A program made the translations under genes and the position numbers. Below, in pieces: positions 1 to 12,130 of a DNA stretch of 64,000 bases. Location of the stretch: the NCBI RefSeq assembly GCF_018350175.1, contig NC_058377.1:100316001-100380000 (forward strand), given 5' to 3'. The DNA is from Felis catus. Taxonomy: Eukaryota. The notes below the pieces were generated by a model. That model had not been told where the DNA came from and searched no databases. It worked only from the letters and a program-made list of their open reading frames with translations. Every line of letters starts with the position of its first letter. Within the stretch, counting starts at the first letter, position 1.

Positions 1-1056
1 ATAAAAGAGGTCTTTATAAATTGAAAAAATAAAGTCTTGAACTAGAGACGTGCTATTTCTTCCACATGCCCTATATACAATTTGAGGTTGAACATTGTAA
101 CCAAATAGATACTCCTGTCTACAAGTGAAGGTCATGGTGCCTCCTTTTGTGCATTTCTCTTAAAATTTTTTGCAGAGTTTACATATTTTTCATTAGAGTT
201 TATACAAAAGCCACACTTACAAATATTTTTTGTGAAGACAGACTAGCCCCTGTCTTCTGGGTTTGGGCTGGAAGTCTGTGTGCAGTGGGATAACACCCCA
301 TAAGCTTCTTAGACATACTTTTTTCCTAGTTAGGAGACTTTATGAGACACACCTTAAATATTTCAGAAGTTTTCACCAGAGTCTTGCATCTACATCTTTG
401 AGATGATATTTACTTTGGTGCCATTTCTTACTTTGAGAACTTTTTGCTCTTTAGAGAGGCTATGGATGAGAACCAGTTTTATGCCAGAACCCATCAGGTC
501 TTGGCCCCTTTTACGTTTCTCCTGAATTCTGGAGAACTTAACAGTTAAAGTGTAAGTCACCTCTGTTTACCCATACTTCATCATATATCATACACTGCTG
601 AGGAACCAGCTGGAGCTTTCTGTATTCTGCTTGGCAATTGCAGTCAAATCCACCTGCTCCCCCAAGGGTGTTTCCTATTATTTCCTATTTTCCACACTAC
701 TGTAGGTGAGGGTATTGTGAAACTTTTCCAGCACTCGGTAACATGAATCACTTTCTCTTCAGCTTCCAAGCACAATCCATCCTGTCTTTTAAGGCTTTAC
801 CTGCAGAGGCTTCAAAGCCCTTCCAACTCCCAGCAACTCCTGGTGGTGCCAAAGTCAATGCCACATGCTTTACATTTCTGTTATGGAAGCGCCACACTTC
901 CAGCTTCCACTCTTTGCTCTGGTTATCTTTTGCTACATGGCATAAGACCTCGAAATTTTGTTACTTAAACCCACAACCATTTTGACTTACCTCAAAATCT
1001 TGTGGGCCAGCAATTCTGACAGAGGTTGGCTTGGTATTTTTTCATTTTTTAATGCT

Positions 1057-1098
<42 letters not shown>

Positions 1099-1400
1099 TT
1101 CCTTCCTTCCTTCCTTCCTTCCTTCCTTCTTCTTTCTTTCTTTTGACATGAGCATGAGTGGTGGAGGGGCAGAGAGAGAGAGGGAGACACAGAATCTGAA
1201 GCAGGCTTCAGGCTATGAGCTGTCAACACAGAGCCCAGTGCAGGGCTTGAACTCACAGACTGTGAGATCATGACCTGAGCCGAAGTTGAACGTTTAACCG
1301 GCTCAGCCACCCAGGCACACCTGGGTATTTTTCCGTTTCATTTGGCATGGACTGAAGTCCTGCTATGGTATTCAACTGATAACTGAGGGATCTGCAGGAT
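1..1400 (-). mobile_element. Ancient MaLR (MLT1-type) internal fragment plus partial LTR; duplication block X
   Basis: gccacatgctttacatttctgttatggaagcgccacacttccag followed by acttaaacccacaaccatttt...tgtgggccagcaatt resembles the reverse-strand MLT1 internal/LTR junction. Paralogous to about 16190-17265. Confidence 0.55.
1043..1321 (-). mobile_element. SINEC (Can-SINE) with tail expanded into (TTTC)n/(TTCC)n
   Basis: tRNA-derived head ending gccacccaggcacacc; degenerate TSD ggtattttt; the site is empty in the paralogous block near 17185-17200. Confidence 0.92.
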
Positions 1401-1796
1401 CCTGGAGTGATATGATATATTGAACGTGCTGAATGGGAAAAATATGCAACAAATATTATTTTATCCAGGAAGGCTATTATTCAGAATAGAAGGAGAGATA
1501 AAGAGTTTCCCAAACAAACAAAACCTAAATGTTTATGACCATTAAACCAGGCCTTCAAGAAGTATTAAACAGGACTTTTTGAATGGGAAAGAAAAACCAA
1601 AAACAATGAAGATAAGAAAGGAACAAAGAAAATCTCTGGAAATACTGACTTTATAGGTAATACAATAGCACTAAATTCATATCTATTAATAATCACTCTG
1701 AATGCAAATGGACTAAATGCTCCAATCAAAAGATGTAGGCTATCAGAATAGATAAAAAAGGCCCATCTATATGTTACCTACAAGAGACTCATTTTA

Positions 1797-2015
1797 TTTT
1801 TGTTTTAATTTTTTAAGTTTACTTATTTTTGACAGAATGAGAGAGACAGACAGACAGGGAGAGGGGCAGAGAGAGAGGGAGACACAGAATTTGAGTGGGA
1901 TCCAGGCTGTGAGTTGTCAACCCAGAGTCCAATGCGGGATTTAACCTCATGAACCATGAAATCGTGACCTGAGCCAAAGTTGGACACTTAACTGACTGAG
2001 CCACCCAGGTGCCCC
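1797..2015 (-). mobile_element. SINEC inserted in L1
   Basis: TSD acaagagactcatttta / acaagtgactcctttta. Confidence 0.92.
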
Positions 2016-4053
2016 ACAAGTGACTCCTTTTAGACCTAAAGACATCTGCAGATTGAAAATGAAAGGCTAGAGAACCATTTGTTATGCTAATGGATGTCAA
2101 AAGGAAATCTTACCAATGATACTTGTACTAGACAAACTAGGTTTTAAACCGATGAATGTAACAAGAGAAGAAGAAAGGGTCTATGCAAGAAGCTCTAACA
2201 ATTGTAAATATTTATGCCCCCAACTTGGTGATGCAAATATATAAATTAATTAACATAAAATCATTGATAACAATACAATAATAGTAGGTGACTTTAACAT
2301 CCTACTTACAACAATGGATAGATCATCTATGCAGAAAATCAGCAAAGAAACAATGGCTTTGAATGACACACTGGACCAGATAGGCTTAACACATGTATCA
2401 AGAACATCTCATTCAAAAGCAGCAGAATACACATTCTTTTTGAGTGCACATGGGATATTCCCCAGAATAGATCACATACAAAGTTACAAATCAGGCTTAA
2501 GTTAGTAGAAAAAATTGAGATCATATCATGAATATTGTCAGGCCACAACACTATGAAACTTGAGGTCAACCACAAGAAAAACATTGGAAAGACTTAAAAT
2601 ACACGGAGATTAAAGAACATCCTACTAAACAATCAATTGGTTCACCAAGAAATTAAAGAAGAAATAAAAAAATACTTGGAAGCACATGAAAATGAAAACA
2701 TGATAGTCTAAAACCTTTGGGATGCAGCAAAAGTGGTCTTAAGAGAGAAGTATATAGAATTCAGGCCTTCATTAAAAAGGAAGAAGAGTCTCAAATACAC
2801 AACCTAACCTTATACCTAAAGAAACTGCAAAAGCAACAGCAAATAAAGCCTAAGCCAGCAGAAAAGAGGAAATAATAAAGATTAGGACAGGAATAAATGA
2901 TATAGAAACCAAAGAAATCATAGAACAGATAAATGAAACCATGAGCTGGTTCTTTGAAAGAATAAATACAATTGATAACCCCCAGCCAGACTTATCAAAA
3001 AGAAAAGAGAAAGTACCCAAATAAAATCATGAATGAAAGACATCACAACCAACACCAAGAAACACAATTATAAGGAAATATTATGAAAACTTATATAATT
3101 GGACAATTTGGAAGAAATGGATAAATTCTTGGAAACGTAAACTAGAAAAACTGAAACAGGAAGAAATAGGAAATTTGAAGAGACCCATAACCAGCAAAGA
3201 AATTGGAACAGCAATAAAAATATCTGCCCAAAAATAAAAGTCCAGGGCCAAATGGCTTCCCAGGGGAATTCTACCCCACACTTAAGCAAGAGTTCTATCA
3301 TTCTTCTCCAACTGTTCCACAAAATAGAAATGGAAGGAAAGCTTCCAAACTCTTTTATGAGGCCAGAATTACTTACCTTGATTCCTAAACCAGACAAAGA
3401 CCCCACTAAAAAGGAGAATTACAGGCCAATATCCCTGATGAACACGGATGCAAAAATTCTCAACAAGATACTTGCAAACTGAATACAATAGTACCTTAAA
3501 AGAATTATTCACCACAATTAAGTGGAGTTTATTCCTTGACTGCAAGTGTGTTTCAGTATTTGCAAATCAATCAACATGACACCCCAGATTAATAAAGGAT
3601 AAGAACCATATGATCCTCTCAATAGATGCAGAAAAAACATTTGACAAAGTACAGCATCTATTCTTGATTAAAACCCTTTATTAAAAGTAGTGATAAAGGG
3701 AACATGCCTCAACATAATAAAGGCCATATACAAAAGAACCATAGTTAATATTATCCTCAATAGGGAAAAACCGAGAGCTTTCCTGCTAATGTCAGGAATA
3801 AGACAGGGATGTCCATCCTCACTACTGTTATTTAACATAGTACTGGAAGTCCTCAGCTCAGCAATTGGACAACAAAAAGAAATAAAAGGCACCCAAATCA
3901 GCAAGGAACAAGTCAAACTTTTACTCTTCACAGACCATGTGATATCTATGTAGAAAACCTGAAAACCTCCACCAAAAAATTGCTAGAACTGATACACAAA
4001 TTCAACAAAGTTGAAGGATACAAAATCAACGTGCCAAAATCTGTTGCATTTCT

Positions 4054-4278
4054 TTCTTTCTTTTTTTTTATTAACGTTTTTTTATTTATTTTTGGGACAG
4101 AGAGAGACAGAGCATGAACGGGGGAGGGGCAGAGAGAGAGGGAGACACAGAATCGGAAACAGGCTCCAGGCTCCAAGCCATCAGCCCAGAGCCTGACGCG
4201 GGGCTCGAACTCACGGAGCGCGAGATCGTGACCTGGCTGAAGTCGGTTGCTTAACCAACTGCGCCACCCAGGCGCCCC
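4054..4278 (-). mobile_element. Young felid SINEC_Fc inserted in L1 ORF2
   Basis: CpG-rich, near consensus; perfect 16-bp TSD aatctgttgcatttct (4038-4053 and 4279-4294). Confidence 0.96.
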
Positions 4279-6229
4279 AATCTGTTGCATTTCTGTACAC
4301 CAATAATGAAGCAGCAGAAATCGAAATCAAGGATTTGATCCCATTTATAATTGCACCCAAAAACATAAGATACCTAGCAATAAACCTAATCAAAGAGGTA
4401 AAATATCTGTACTCTGAAAACTATAGAACACTGATGAAAGAAACTGAAGATGACACAAAGAAATGGAAAACATTCTATGCTCATGGATTGGAAGAGCAAA
4501 CATTGTTAAAATCGCCATACTACCCAAAGCAATCTATACATGTAATGCATTTCCTATGAAAATACCACCAGGATTTTTCACAGAATTAGAACAAAAAATC
4601 CTAAAATTTGCGTGGAACCACAGAACACCCTGAATAGCCAAAGTAATCTTGAAAAAAAAAAAGCAAAGCTGGAGGCAATTACAGTTCTGGACATCTAGTT
4701 ATATTACAAAGCTCTAATCATCAAGGCGGTGTGGTACTGGCACAAAAACAGACACATAGATCAATATGGATCAATGGAACATAGTAGAATACCCTGAAAT
4801 GGACCAACTATGACATGGCTAACTAATCTTTGACAAAGTAGGAATGAATATCCAATGGAAAAAAAAGGTAGTCTCTTCAACAAATGATGTTGGGAAAACT
4901 GGACAGTGACATGCAGAAGAATGACACAGGACCACTTTCTTACATCATACACAAAACTAAATGCAAAATAGATGAAGACCTAAATGTGAGACAGAAAACC
5001 ATCAAAGTCCTAGAGGAGAAAACAGGCAGCAATCTCTTTGACATAAGATGTAGTAACTTCTTACTAGACATGTTGCTGAAGGCAAGGGAAACACAAGTAA
5101 AAAAGGACTATCGGGATTTCATCAAGTTAAAAAGCTACTGCACAGAGAAAGAAGCAATCAACAGAACTGAAAGGCAACCACAGAATGGGAGAAGATATTT
5201 GTAAATGACATATCAGTTAAAGGGATGCTCTCCAAAATCTATAGAGAAATTATCAATCTCAACACTCCCAAAACAAATAATCCAGGTAAGAAATAGGCAG
5301 AAGATGTGAATAAACACTTCTCCAAAGAAGACATCTAGATGGCTAACAGACCATGAAAAGATGCTCAACATCACTCATCATTGGGGAAATACAAATCAAA
5401 ACTAAAATGAGATATCACTTCACAGTTGTCTGAATGGTTAAAATTAACAACACAGGAAACAGCAGATGTTGGCGAGGATGCAAAGAAAGGGAGACCCTCT
5501 TACAACTTTGGTGGGAATACAAACTAGTGCAACCACTCTGGAAAATGGTGTGGAGGTTTCTCAAAAGTTAAAAATAGAACTACCCTACAACCCAGTAATT
5601 GTTCTAGTAGGTATACAAAAATCTGATTTGAAGGGACACATGCACCCCAATATTTATAGCAGTATTATCAACAATAGCCAATTATGGAAAGAGCCCAAAT
5701 GTCCATCGACTGATGAATGAAAAACAAGGATGTGGTATATACATACAATGGATTATTAGCCATCAAAAAAGAACGAAGTCTTACCATTTGCAATGACTGG
5801 ATGGAGCTAGAATGCATTATGTGAAGTGAAATGAGTCAGAGAAAGACAAATACCATACATTTTCACTCATGGAATTGAAGATGCAAGACAGATGAACATA
5901 GGGGAAGTGGGGGAGAAAAGAGAGGGAGGCAAACCAAGAGACTCAACTCTAGAGAACAAAGTAAGGGTTGAAGGGGGTTGGGTAGATTAGGGATGGGCTA
6001 AATGAATGCTGAGTATTAAGGAGGTCACTTGTGATGAACAATGGGTGGTATATGGAAGTGATGAATCACTAAATTCTACTCCTGCAACCAATATTACACT
6101 ATATGTTAACTAACTGGAACTTAAATAAAAACTTGAAGCAGTAAAAATAATTTCCCAGTGGTAAAAATACAACAAAATTTAGTTTTAGTGGAGGAGTGTT
6201 GCTCATCTTTTCCTAAGTATTTTTGTTTT

Positions 6230-6860
6230 CAGATACTAATGTAAAGGTGTTTAACATTTTGTAAGTTTTCAATTGTTATGGATACTAATATATAGAAATG
6301 CAATTGAACATTTTATTTGGACCTTGTGTTCCTGAAAACTCACTCAATTCACTTATTATTTCTAGTAATCTCTGTAGATTCCTTAGAGTTTTCTATAACA
6401 CAATCATGTTTAGAAAAAAGGGACAGCTCATTTCTTGGAGATATATAGGAGTATTTAACTTTTAAGTTTTTATTTTTGAGTCTTTTTCAGAAGGTTGCGT
6501 TTTTCCTTTATTTTATACATTTTATCTAAGGTATCAAATTTCTTTGAATAATGTTTTTCATAAGAACCATTTATTATCCTTTTAAAGTCTGCAGTATTTG
6601 TATGATTTTATCTGCTTTTTAATTTCTGATATTGGTAGTTGTCTCATCACTCCTGCTAGAAACTTATCAGTTGTATTATAAAAGTACTAACTTTTGACTG
6701 TTTTAGTTTACTCTATTTTATGTTTTCTATTTTATTTTTGATCTTTTCATTACATCCTTTTTTATTTTCACTTTGTCTTTAATTTAGTTTTCTTTTTTTC
6801 TAGCTTCTTAAAATAAAAGCTTAGCTGCTAGTAGAGCTTTATTTTTAACACAAGCATAAA
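6230..6860 (-). mobile_element. Old degenerate L1M fragment
   Basis: T-rich antisense L1 phrases, e.g. tatatagaaatgcaattga and ttctagtaatctctgtagattccttagagttttcta. Confidence 0.6.
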
Positions 6861-6949
6861 TCTATACATACATTTAGGTCAGCTGAAAACCAGCAACTTT
6901 TGGTGTGGCTTAGCATGTTAGAAAGTTCTTCGGATGGTTCATACAGGTA

Positions 6950-8280
6950 TTAAATGACTCTTTATCAATGATCCTTATGACCTAGAAAATGCAATATACA
7001 ATTACACATATGTGGAGACAAAGATGCTCGATAGCGCCCACCGTAAGCCATGGGGAAATGGGTAAGTGTGGAAGCCCTCAGCAATTTGATGTACTACGAG
7101 GCTTTTGTTGGAAAATAATCTGTTTCTGGTAGTTGCAGTTAATTGCTACTGGACTGAAATTAAGGGACTAAATTAATGAACTGAAAATCATTATGGTGTT
7201 AGTTGACATAGTTTCAGGCCTTCATCAACAGCATCCGTTGCAACCCAGACTCCGGAACTGTGATTACCAATCTTTTCAACAATTGCAATGTCAACCTCAG
7301 TGACTTCTCTCATCCCAAGGCCTTCTGCCTCTGAGCCTCAGGGCCTCTTGAGCAAAGATTCTAACAGCTGGAAGAAGGACCTCCTTTGTTGAGGGTATGA
7401 TTGGGTAAGTCAGTCTGAGACTGGTTCTCCTTTCACATTGGCTTAAATATGACTTCCCTTACCTGAATGTTTCGTATTATGAAACTCAAAATTTATTATT
7501 TGCTTAACTTTTTTTTTCTATTCAAAATAGAGGCTTTTCACATATTTGGCTGTCTGATACTTTCCTGGCAAGAACTAAGTCATTTTTTCTCTAAGGATTG
7601 TTCTAGGGGAGAAAACTGTCCAGAAGTAGTTACTTCACGTGAATTTGTTCCACGTATTCTAATAAACTAATCTGTAATGACATTACACTCTCTTTCATTT
7701 AAAAACAGTAGAAAGCCATAGGCTGTGAAGAATGGAAGGATTATTTTCCTGATACAATGGCCCAGGAGATTTCTGACAACTCAAATATCTGCCCAGGCTG
7801 GAATTTCTCTTCATCCCCTAGATGTTTTCTTGTTATATTTTCCTGTGCATAGGTATTCCTTGCTGCTTGTACAAACATGTGGAAGGGCCCAATTGTCTAG
7901 GATGAAGCTGGAGAAAGGTAGAAATGTCTCTTCCATTAGGGAAGAGATGGCCTTAGGGATACATTTTGAATGTCATTTTGAATGACTGAACAAGTAAAGC
8001 GTTCTCCTACTACCTGAGAGAGAGTTCAGTCGTTGGTCTTCCAGGAAGTTAAATTCTAGCATTTTTCTTATCAGGCAAAGAGACAGATTCATGTCCATAG
8101 ACATGAACATTATGCTAATCCTCTAAAGGACTTTTTGATTGCCTAACCATACTGACCAAGAAGAGATACATTCAAATAACTTTTGAGGTTTTTAAATTTT
8201 TTTAAAAAAAATTAATAGTAGGATTGGCTAAATTTATTTCTACTAATTAGGCTAGTTTTTACACAGTCATGTGAAGGCTA
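6950..8280. repeat. Duplication block Y (paralog of 18572-19975)
   Basis: Colinear similarity throughout, e.g. tgaaattaagggactaaattaatgaactgaaaatcattatggtgt and gagatttctgacaactcaaatatctgc occur in both copies. Confidence 0.95.
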
Positions 8281-9709
8281 TTATTAGGTTATTAGATTGT
8301 CCTCTTATTTGTTGTCTGACCTTATGAGAAATAAAGTCCATGCAGGAAGGACTTTTCATGTGATTTTTGCCCCTGTTTTATTAATTGGTATGTCCTCATT
8401 CATAGCATGGTTCCTGGCATTAAATAGATGCTCTAATATAAAAGCAATAATTAATAATTGAATAGTTAACACATCTAATTTGATAAAGAAATATTTAACA
8501 TATCCAATCATACTTTAAGGCAGATGATAAATTGAATGTTACATAAAATGAGAAGAAACTTGCTACGGCAAGTGGGGGAATACATGATAAAGTAACCTTC
8601 ACTTGCAGAAAATGACGTGGCTGATATTTTTATTCTTGACTGGCAATAGTCTCTTAATGGTTCTAAAAATTGTTTTTCCCTTCATGTTACATCCTTTAGA
8701 AATTAGTTATGTGATTTGGTCTACATAGGGATATTTTTAAAACATTTTGTGGGCAATCCCAGTGAATTTAATTAAGCAAGCATCAGTCTTGGACACTTTC
8801 CAATTCTGACTGAATGACAAATGGTGGTTAGAAAGGATGAAATGTCTAGTGATCTCTGCCCCTATCAGGAGAAAGATGCTCTCCTCTTCAGAAATGATAA
8901 ATTTATTAGGAGGTCTTTGTTGGCTGAATGCACTACCCCCCCCCCCCCCCGCCCCCGACCCCTAAAAAAGCACAATAATTTGTGTCAAAATTTCAAGTCA
9001 ACTGGTGTGGTCACACCAACACAAAAGAAGGAGAAGGACTAGCCTAGTGAATGTTTTTTTTCTATTTTGAAGTTAGTAGGAAAGAGTTACTGGAGAAAAA
9101 TCTCCCTGGAAAATGGCTGGTTGCTATCTTTTTATGTAAAATTAGGTTGCTTGTCTTTTAGATAAATTATCCTAAGGTAATAAAGTTTTATTGTGTGTAT
9201 GGATCGTAGAATTCCTTTTACATAATCTCTAGTGCAAATAAAAGCAATCTTCTGAATAATTGGAAGACCCCATGAAGAACATAGACTGATATCCAAATGA
9301 AATAAAATACATCTTCAAATAATAATGCAGATTTTTTTCTTTCTCTTGTCATACTGGATGAAAAAAAAAATTCCAGTCCCACAAATGATTAAAAACTCTT
9401 CCTTCAGATTCTGGACTTGTCTTCATGAGGTAAGACTAACAGTAAATATTGGGAACCAGGTTTGCAATTGTGTGAATTTCTTTATTATGTAAAAGTGAGA
9501 TCACTTTGAGATAAAGCAAACTTTGAAAAATAAGTGACCTTGGGAAAGTTAATTAGATGTTCTGAGCCTCTGCTTGTCCACTTATGAAGTGGAGATTATA
9601 GTTCCTCTTACTGTAAATATCAACTATGATACATGAAGTTGTGAGTGTGTGATTGGAATCCACCGTAGGCATTGTGAGCTGTGGAATGATAGATCAGAAT
9701 CAGATTTTA

Positions 9710-10070
9710 TAAATAAATCATTTGAACTGCATGAGGAGAACATACTGATGTAGGCCAGAATGAAAGGAGAGGGACGTGGCAGACCAGTGCAGTGGCTCAG
9801 TAGGGAAGCGGTGGGGAGGGAAATGATAAAGTTTGTGATATATTTTAGAGGGGTTAATAAGATTTGTTAAAGGTAACAATACGTGATATGAGAGCAAGAA
9901 AGGCATGAATGGCATGGTGATATTTCTTGTCTGAGCAATGACATGGAAGGTGGTACCATTTAATGAGATGGAAACACCTATGTTTATTGCTGAACATTAA
10001 AAATTTAGTTTATAAGTACTGAATTGATATCCAGTTGGAGATGTCCAAATTTGGAGATGTTGCATGTGTG
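9710..10070 (-). mobile_element. L2 fragment
   Basis: gtctgagcaatgacatggaaggtggtaccatttaatgagatggaaa and atccagttggagatgtcca are typical antisense L2 text. Confidence 0.6.
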
Positions 10071-10104
10071 ATTTTTTTTTTGAAGAGAGAGATGTGTAAT
10101 TTAT

Positions 10105-11528
10105 TTCTGTATTATTATTTTTTAATGTATTGTCAAGTTAGCTAACATAGAGTGTATACAGTGCACTCTTGGTTTTGGGGGTAGATTCCCGTGATTCATC
10201 GCTTACATACAACACCCAGTACTCATCCCAACAAGTGCCCTCCTAAATGCCCGTCACCCATTTCCCTCCTTCCCCACCCCCCCATCAACCCTCAGTTTGT
10301 TCTCTGTATGAGTCTCTTATGGTTTGCCTCCCTCTCTGTTTGAAACTATTTTTTCCCCTTCTCTCCCCACCATGGTCATCTGTTTAGTTTCTCAAGTTCC
10401 ACATATGAGTGAACACATATGGTATCAGTCTTTCTTTGACTGACTTATTTCACTTAGCATAATACCCTCCAGTTCTGTCTACATTGTTGAAAATGGCAAG
10501 ATTTCATTTTTTCTCATTGCCAAGTAGTATTCCATTGTATATATAAGTCACATCTTTATGCATTCATCAATTGATGGACATTTGGGCTCTTTTCATAATT
10601 TGGCTATTGTTGAAAGCCATGTGCCCCTATGAATCAGCCCTCCTGTATCCTTTGGATAAATTCCTCATAGCGCTATTGCTGGGTCATAGGGTAGTTCTAT
10701 TTTCAAGTTTTTGAGGAACCTCCACACTGTTTTCCAGAGTGACTGCACCAGTTTGCATTCCCACTAACTGTGCGTGAGGGTTCCCATTTCTCCACATCCT
10801 TGCCAACATCTGTTGTTTCCTGAGTTAATTTTAGCCACTCTGACCGGTGTGAGGTGGTATCTCAATGTGGTTTTGATTTGTATTGCCCTGATGATGAGTG
10901 ATGTTGAAGTTGATCATCTTTTCATTCGTCTGTTGGCCACCTGGATGTCTTCTTTGGAAAAGTGTCTTTTCATGTCTTCTGCCCATTTCTTCACTGGATT
11001 ATTTGTTTTTCAGGTGTTGAGTTTGGTAAGTTCTTTATAGATTTTGGATACTAATCCTGTATCTGATATGTCACTTGCAAATATCTTCTCCCATTCCATT
11101 AGTTGCCTTTTTGTTTTGTTGATTGTTTCCTTTGTGGTGCAGAAGCTTTTTGTCTTGATGAGATCCCAGTAGTTCATTTTGCTTTTATTTCCTTTGCCTT
11201 TGGAGACATGTTGAGCAAGAAATTGATATGGCTAGGGTCAAAGAAGTTGTTACCTATTTTCTCCTTTAGGGTTTTGATGGTTCTCTGTCTCACGTTTAGG
11301 TTTTCATCCATTTTGAGTTTATTTTTGTGTATGATGTAAGAAAGTGATCCAGTTTCATTCTGCCAGTTCTCCCAGCACCATTTGCTAAAGAGACTGTCTT
11401 TTTTCCATTGGATACTCTCTTTTGTCAAAGATTAGTTGGCCATACATTTGTGGGTCCAGTTCAGCGTTTTCTATTCTATTCTATTGGTCTATGTGTCTGT
11501 TCTTGTGCCAGTACCATACTGTCTTGAT
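10105..11528 (-). mobile_element. 5'-truncated carnivore L1 (ORF2 end and 3' UTR)
   Basis: Antisense 3' UTR (tacaacacccagtactcatccca); ORF2 peptide IQWKKDSLFSKWCWENW. Confidence 0.93.
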
Positions 11529-11639
11529 ATGAAGGTTAAAAATTAAGGGAGAGACACAACACTGGTGTGCTTCCCCATTGATTGGTCAGGAAAAGGGGGC
11601 ATATCCAACCACGGAGAAGTATCAGTGAGGGAAGACACA

Positions 11640-12035
11640 ATCCTTCAGTGACCTTCTATTCCTAATTTGACCTACTCACATTGAATATGTCAATTACACT
11701 ATACTGGTCTCAAGTATTTCACTTTTGTGACTTTATAAACTATGTACCTTTTCATGGAATTTCCTTTCCCTCTTTTCTTGTCCTTCCACTTTTCCTTTAA
11801 AACTCAGCTAAAGCATTGCACCTCTGGGAAGACTGACTCCTGTCTGGTAGATATATTCCTACTCTGTGACCTTCACATTGTAGGGATGTTTTTATATTGT
11901 CACTTTTTGGTGATTATTATGTATGCTATCACTAAATGTAGGAAACCATGGCTTATTCAACTTGGAAATCACAATGTCTATAAAACATTTGACACAAGCA
12001 GGCACTCTTTCACATTTTTTAATTGAATGAATCAA
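11640..12035 (+). mobile_element. L2 3' fragment
   Basis: tcctttaaaactcagctaaagcattgcacctctgggaag; ends with ttgaatgaatcaatgaa. Confidence 0.5.
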
Positions 12036-12065
12036 TGAAAGATTACTCTTATAATGCATTTAAAA

Positions 12066-12086
12066 GTTTTTTCCCTTGTTTTATAG
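12066..12086 (+). promoter_or_regulatory. Likely splice acceptor of the OR4A47-like coding exon
   Basis: Pyrimidine tract ttttttcccttgttttatAG ending 44 nt before the ATG; OR genes typically have 5' non-coding exons. Confidence 0.6.
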
Positions 12087-12130
12087 ATTTCCTGCTTCTA
12101 ACATGAGAAATCACCTCCTGTGCAGATTAG

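Larger units (their letters stand above)
1403..6150 (+). mobile_element. 5'-truncated, inactivated carnivore L1: ORF1 C-terminus, ORF2 and 3' UTR
   Basis: ORF1 tail (NVLNGKNMQ...YPxRLxFRIEGEIKSF); EN start (IITLNxNGLNAPIKR, about 1690); RT pieces [34 protein letters not shown] and [20 protein letters not shown]; catalytic FADD decayed to FTDH; many stops and frameshifts; AATAAA near 6124. Confidence 0.95.

Noticed and set aside
743-985. Similar ORFs at 743-985 and 16881-17108 as a small gene family
   Set aside because: They are paralogous MLT1 DNA; the frames diverge after about 20 codons, so there is no coding constraint.
987-1310. SINE-derived ORFs (also 3946-4290, 25596-25856, 39708-39998, 62469-62792)
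   Set aside because: Translations of SINEC and microsatellite sequence; the same peptides recur at every copy.
1660-5900. L1 ORF2 as an active retrotransposon
   Set aside because: 5'-truncated, broken by stops and frameshifts, catalytic motif decayed, and two SINEs inserted.
6950-7150. Block Y as a decayed antisense OR pseudogene
   Set aside because: Trial translation gave no convincing OR motifs.
8936-8961. C-rich tract with G-quadruplex potential on the - strand
   Set aside because: A single homopolymer-like run with no supporting context.
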